NCBI GenBank assembly: GCA_023205875.1
Contig: CP060757.1
Location: 744,001 to 808,000 of the forward strand
Direction of reading: 5' to 3'
Length of the DNA stretch: 64,000 nucleotides
Origin: Chloropicon primus
Taxonomy: Eukaryota
The translations under genes were made by a program, and so were the position numbers. Within the stretch, counting starts at the first letter, position 1. The number at the start of each line of letters is the position of its first letter. The notes below the pieces were generated by a model. It made no database searches. It worked only from the letters and a program-made list of their open reading frames with translations, and had not been told where the DNA came from. This document shows, piece after piece, positions 61,781-64,000 of the stretch.

Positions 61781-62395
61781 GGTGCTGCAGATCCAGAGGG
61801 CGTGAAACCAGGCCGGCTGATCGTTCCCGCCGCCATGAGGATTTTCCAGCAGCAGCAGCCGAGCCACCTCCATGACAGGCGCCGTGCAAGTGCGCGGCCT
61901 CGCCACCGACGGACTCTTTGTGCACGTGCTTCTCAATAATTGGTTTAAGCCTGGCCAGCTGGACCAAGCCGGGAACGCACGGGAAAGAGGGATGCGGACC
62001 CGGAAGGAAGAGGAAGGCCGATGCAGAGGCGTTGGGGATGAAGGCCAAGGAGGCGGGGGTCTGAAATGGGCCGGCCAAGGAGGCGAAGATCTCTTTAACA
62101 CGACGTTAGTCCAATGATTGGACTCCAATCCGATCCAATCCAACCCTGACTCTTGGGACCAGACTCTGGTGAGCACTTTTTGTGCTTCGGTGGCCACCTT
62201 GATGTTCTGCAGTGGGATCCAAGTCAGGATCGGCCTTGTCCCTTGTCCCAGGACACTCAAACGATTGCCCTGTGCTTGGTCCCCCTCGATCTTGGTATCT
62301 TGGTGTCTTGGGAAGATTCTTGCTTGTAATTCGTATTGTTTTCTTGGGTCCCGGGTGGTTTGGTATTCGTTGAATTCGTGTATTTCGTGTATGTC

Positions 62396-62588
62396 ATTAC
62401 TTTTCTCGGCCTTTTGGCTAAGATCAAGTGTAGTATCTGTTCTTATCAGTTTAATATCTGATACGACCTCGATATGAGGTCTTGATATTAATCTAATTTT
62501 TTCGGGCGGCGGATGCGACATGTGTTTTACACAGGCTTTCGCCAGGCTTGACCCTTGCCTTGCACATTCTGCGGGGGTCGAGCAGCCC
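62396..62588 (+). ncRNA. U2: U2 snRNA (copy 2)
   Basis: Canonical U2 5' half including the branch-pairing GTAGTA; stem IIb GACCTC..GAGGTC; Sm site; 3' stem-loops. Confidence 0.95.
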
Positions 62589-62865
62589 TCTTCTTCGCAC
62601 GTCTCACTTCAAATATTCTGCACGAGAAGATAATTATTCATGAATCCACTCCCCGACCTCCTCCAAGTCCAGGAGATCACGAAAGGACGACAGGTCGGAC
62701 CACCAGCACCACCGAGACCAGGTCAGAGACTCTAGCACGAGTCAACAGGAACGCGAGGGGACGATTCACAAGCCATGGGGTGGGGCCAAACCAAGAACCT
62801 CACGCCGGCCTCGGAATCGTATCCTCAAAAGGAGCCGGGCGCCTGGCGGTCCAACCACCCACCCG

Positions 62866-62942
62866 ATTGATTCATGGATTCATTCATTCATTGATTCATT
62901 CATTCATTCATTCATTCATTCATTGATTTATTGATTGATTCA
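62866..62942. repeat. (ATTC/ATTG)n microsatellite, longer than its counterpart at about 60695-60737
   Basis: Tandem CATT/GATT units. Confidence 0.85.
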
Positions 62943-63651
62943 TCTGTTGATCCACATGGACTCCTGCTGCGAATCACTCCTTCCTTCAGTCATCGTGAGC
63001 CTTTCCCCATCAACTGGTACTGGTGTGACAGGAGGAAAGACAATTCGTTTGGGCGGAGGGGAGGGATCACACAACAAGTTAGGCGTCAATTTGCTGGGAT
63101 GAATGCAAAAGACTCGGGGGGGGGGGGAGGATGGATATCACCAGGGCACCGCTGAGTGGATCGAGGAGCACCCTGGATCGGATGTGGATTGGGTCTCGTC
63201 TCCATTCACAAGTGATCTCAATGCGATAAATAATCGCATCACATCCGCTGGCTTCGAGGTCAGCGTCCACCATGCCTTTTGGTTTAATGAAGTGTTTCAG
63301 GCAATCAAACAAGTTTAAGCTGATGCTCACCGCTTTGGGGCACCTAGATCCCTCTCCCGTGACTCCTTTCCATGAAGAGCGTCGTCTCGGCAAAGATCAC
63401 CGGCCCACGGGCTCGCGACCTCCCACTGGACTCGCCCCCCCTTGTAGATCATGGTCAGCGCTTGCCAGGGCCTCGACATGCTCCACAAGCCTCCCTGGCA
63501 CCACCCTGGTCGACCACGTTGTCACAGATCCGTGAGGGCACCCCATCAGGGCAAGACCGACGCCCAAAGACTCCACACTTAAACGCTTCTGGCTCGGAAG
63601 CTTTTTTCAAATTGATCAAAACAGAGAGCAACTGCAGAGTCGGTCGGTGCG

Positions 63652-64000
63652 ATGGCGATGGAGGAGGACAACGAGAAGAAGGGAGAAGACAACAACCACG
63701 AGGGGGTGGGAGGGAACGACAACAAGGGGGAGGCCGAAGCGAAGGCCGAGCCGAGCGGTCCGCCTCCGAAGGACGATGGCGAGTCGGAGAAGAAGAAGAC
63801 GAGCGTGATCTTCGCAGACAGGAAGGTGCGACGACGACGACGGACTTGGCTCTAGTCCCCCTCCCTCCGTGTCCGTGTCTCTCCGACGAGTGTTTCGTTG
63901 AAGGCTTGGATGGCCGTGCTGACCACTTTTCTTTGCTGTACCCCGCGACAAAAACAAAACTCTTCCTCTCAGATCACGACGAGCGAGAACGTGGACGAGG
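63652..64000 (+). CDS. 5' part of a gene continuing beyond the window (unknown product)
   Basis: ATG 63652, acidic low-complexity exon to 63825, intron GTGCGA..CTCTCAG (63826-63972), in-frame ITTSENVDE. Confidence 0.5.

Larger units (their letters stand above)
60670..62965. repeat. Inverted duplication: arms 60670-61591 and 62012-62965, 420-bp spacer
   Basis: Arms are reverse complements; the visible differences are one substitution (61011/62592) and length/sequence variation in the (ATTC)n tract. Confidence 0.95.

Noticed and set aside
61082..62521. ORFs 61082-61621 (+) and 61721-62521 (-) with identical N-termini
   Set aside because: They are antisense translations of the U2 snRNA genes inside the inverted repeat, not proteins

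Overview
Gene-dense, GC-rich, intron-poor eukaryotic DNA from a photosynthetic green alga. Evidence: plastid-targeted PTOX, VTE6, CAB-domain ferrochelatase, short GT-AG introns with CTGAC branch points, a U2 snRNA and a SECIS element. A compact marine chlorophyte such as Chloropicon is my inference, not shown by the sequence. The window holds about 39 protein genes, one tRNA-Arg(UCG) and two U2 snRNA genes. Highlights: (1) a five-exon gene not visible as one ORF (39512-41644) with CRIM-like, RBD-like and PH regions in the order of SIN1/Avo1, a TORC2 subunit generally considered absent from green plants; (2) an LRR-TM receptor with three tandem class III nucleotidyl-cyclase domains whose catalytic residues look split between domains 1 and 3; (3) an animal-type selenoprotein thioredoxin reductase (GCUG end) with a canonical SECIS and a hairpin just after the UGA; (4) a ~0.92-kb near-perfect inverted duplication carrying back-to-back U2 genes and a kinase start codon, with a 128-bp hAT-like MITE in the spacer; (5) a GPI-type protein with two nsLTP-like eight-cysteine motifs; (6) ciliary genes (DNAAF4, EFCAB10), tandem GT29 sialyltransferase-like genes, a CRIPT-OCRE fusion and a GC-AG intron. 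All family calls come from motif recognition by eye; no searches were run.
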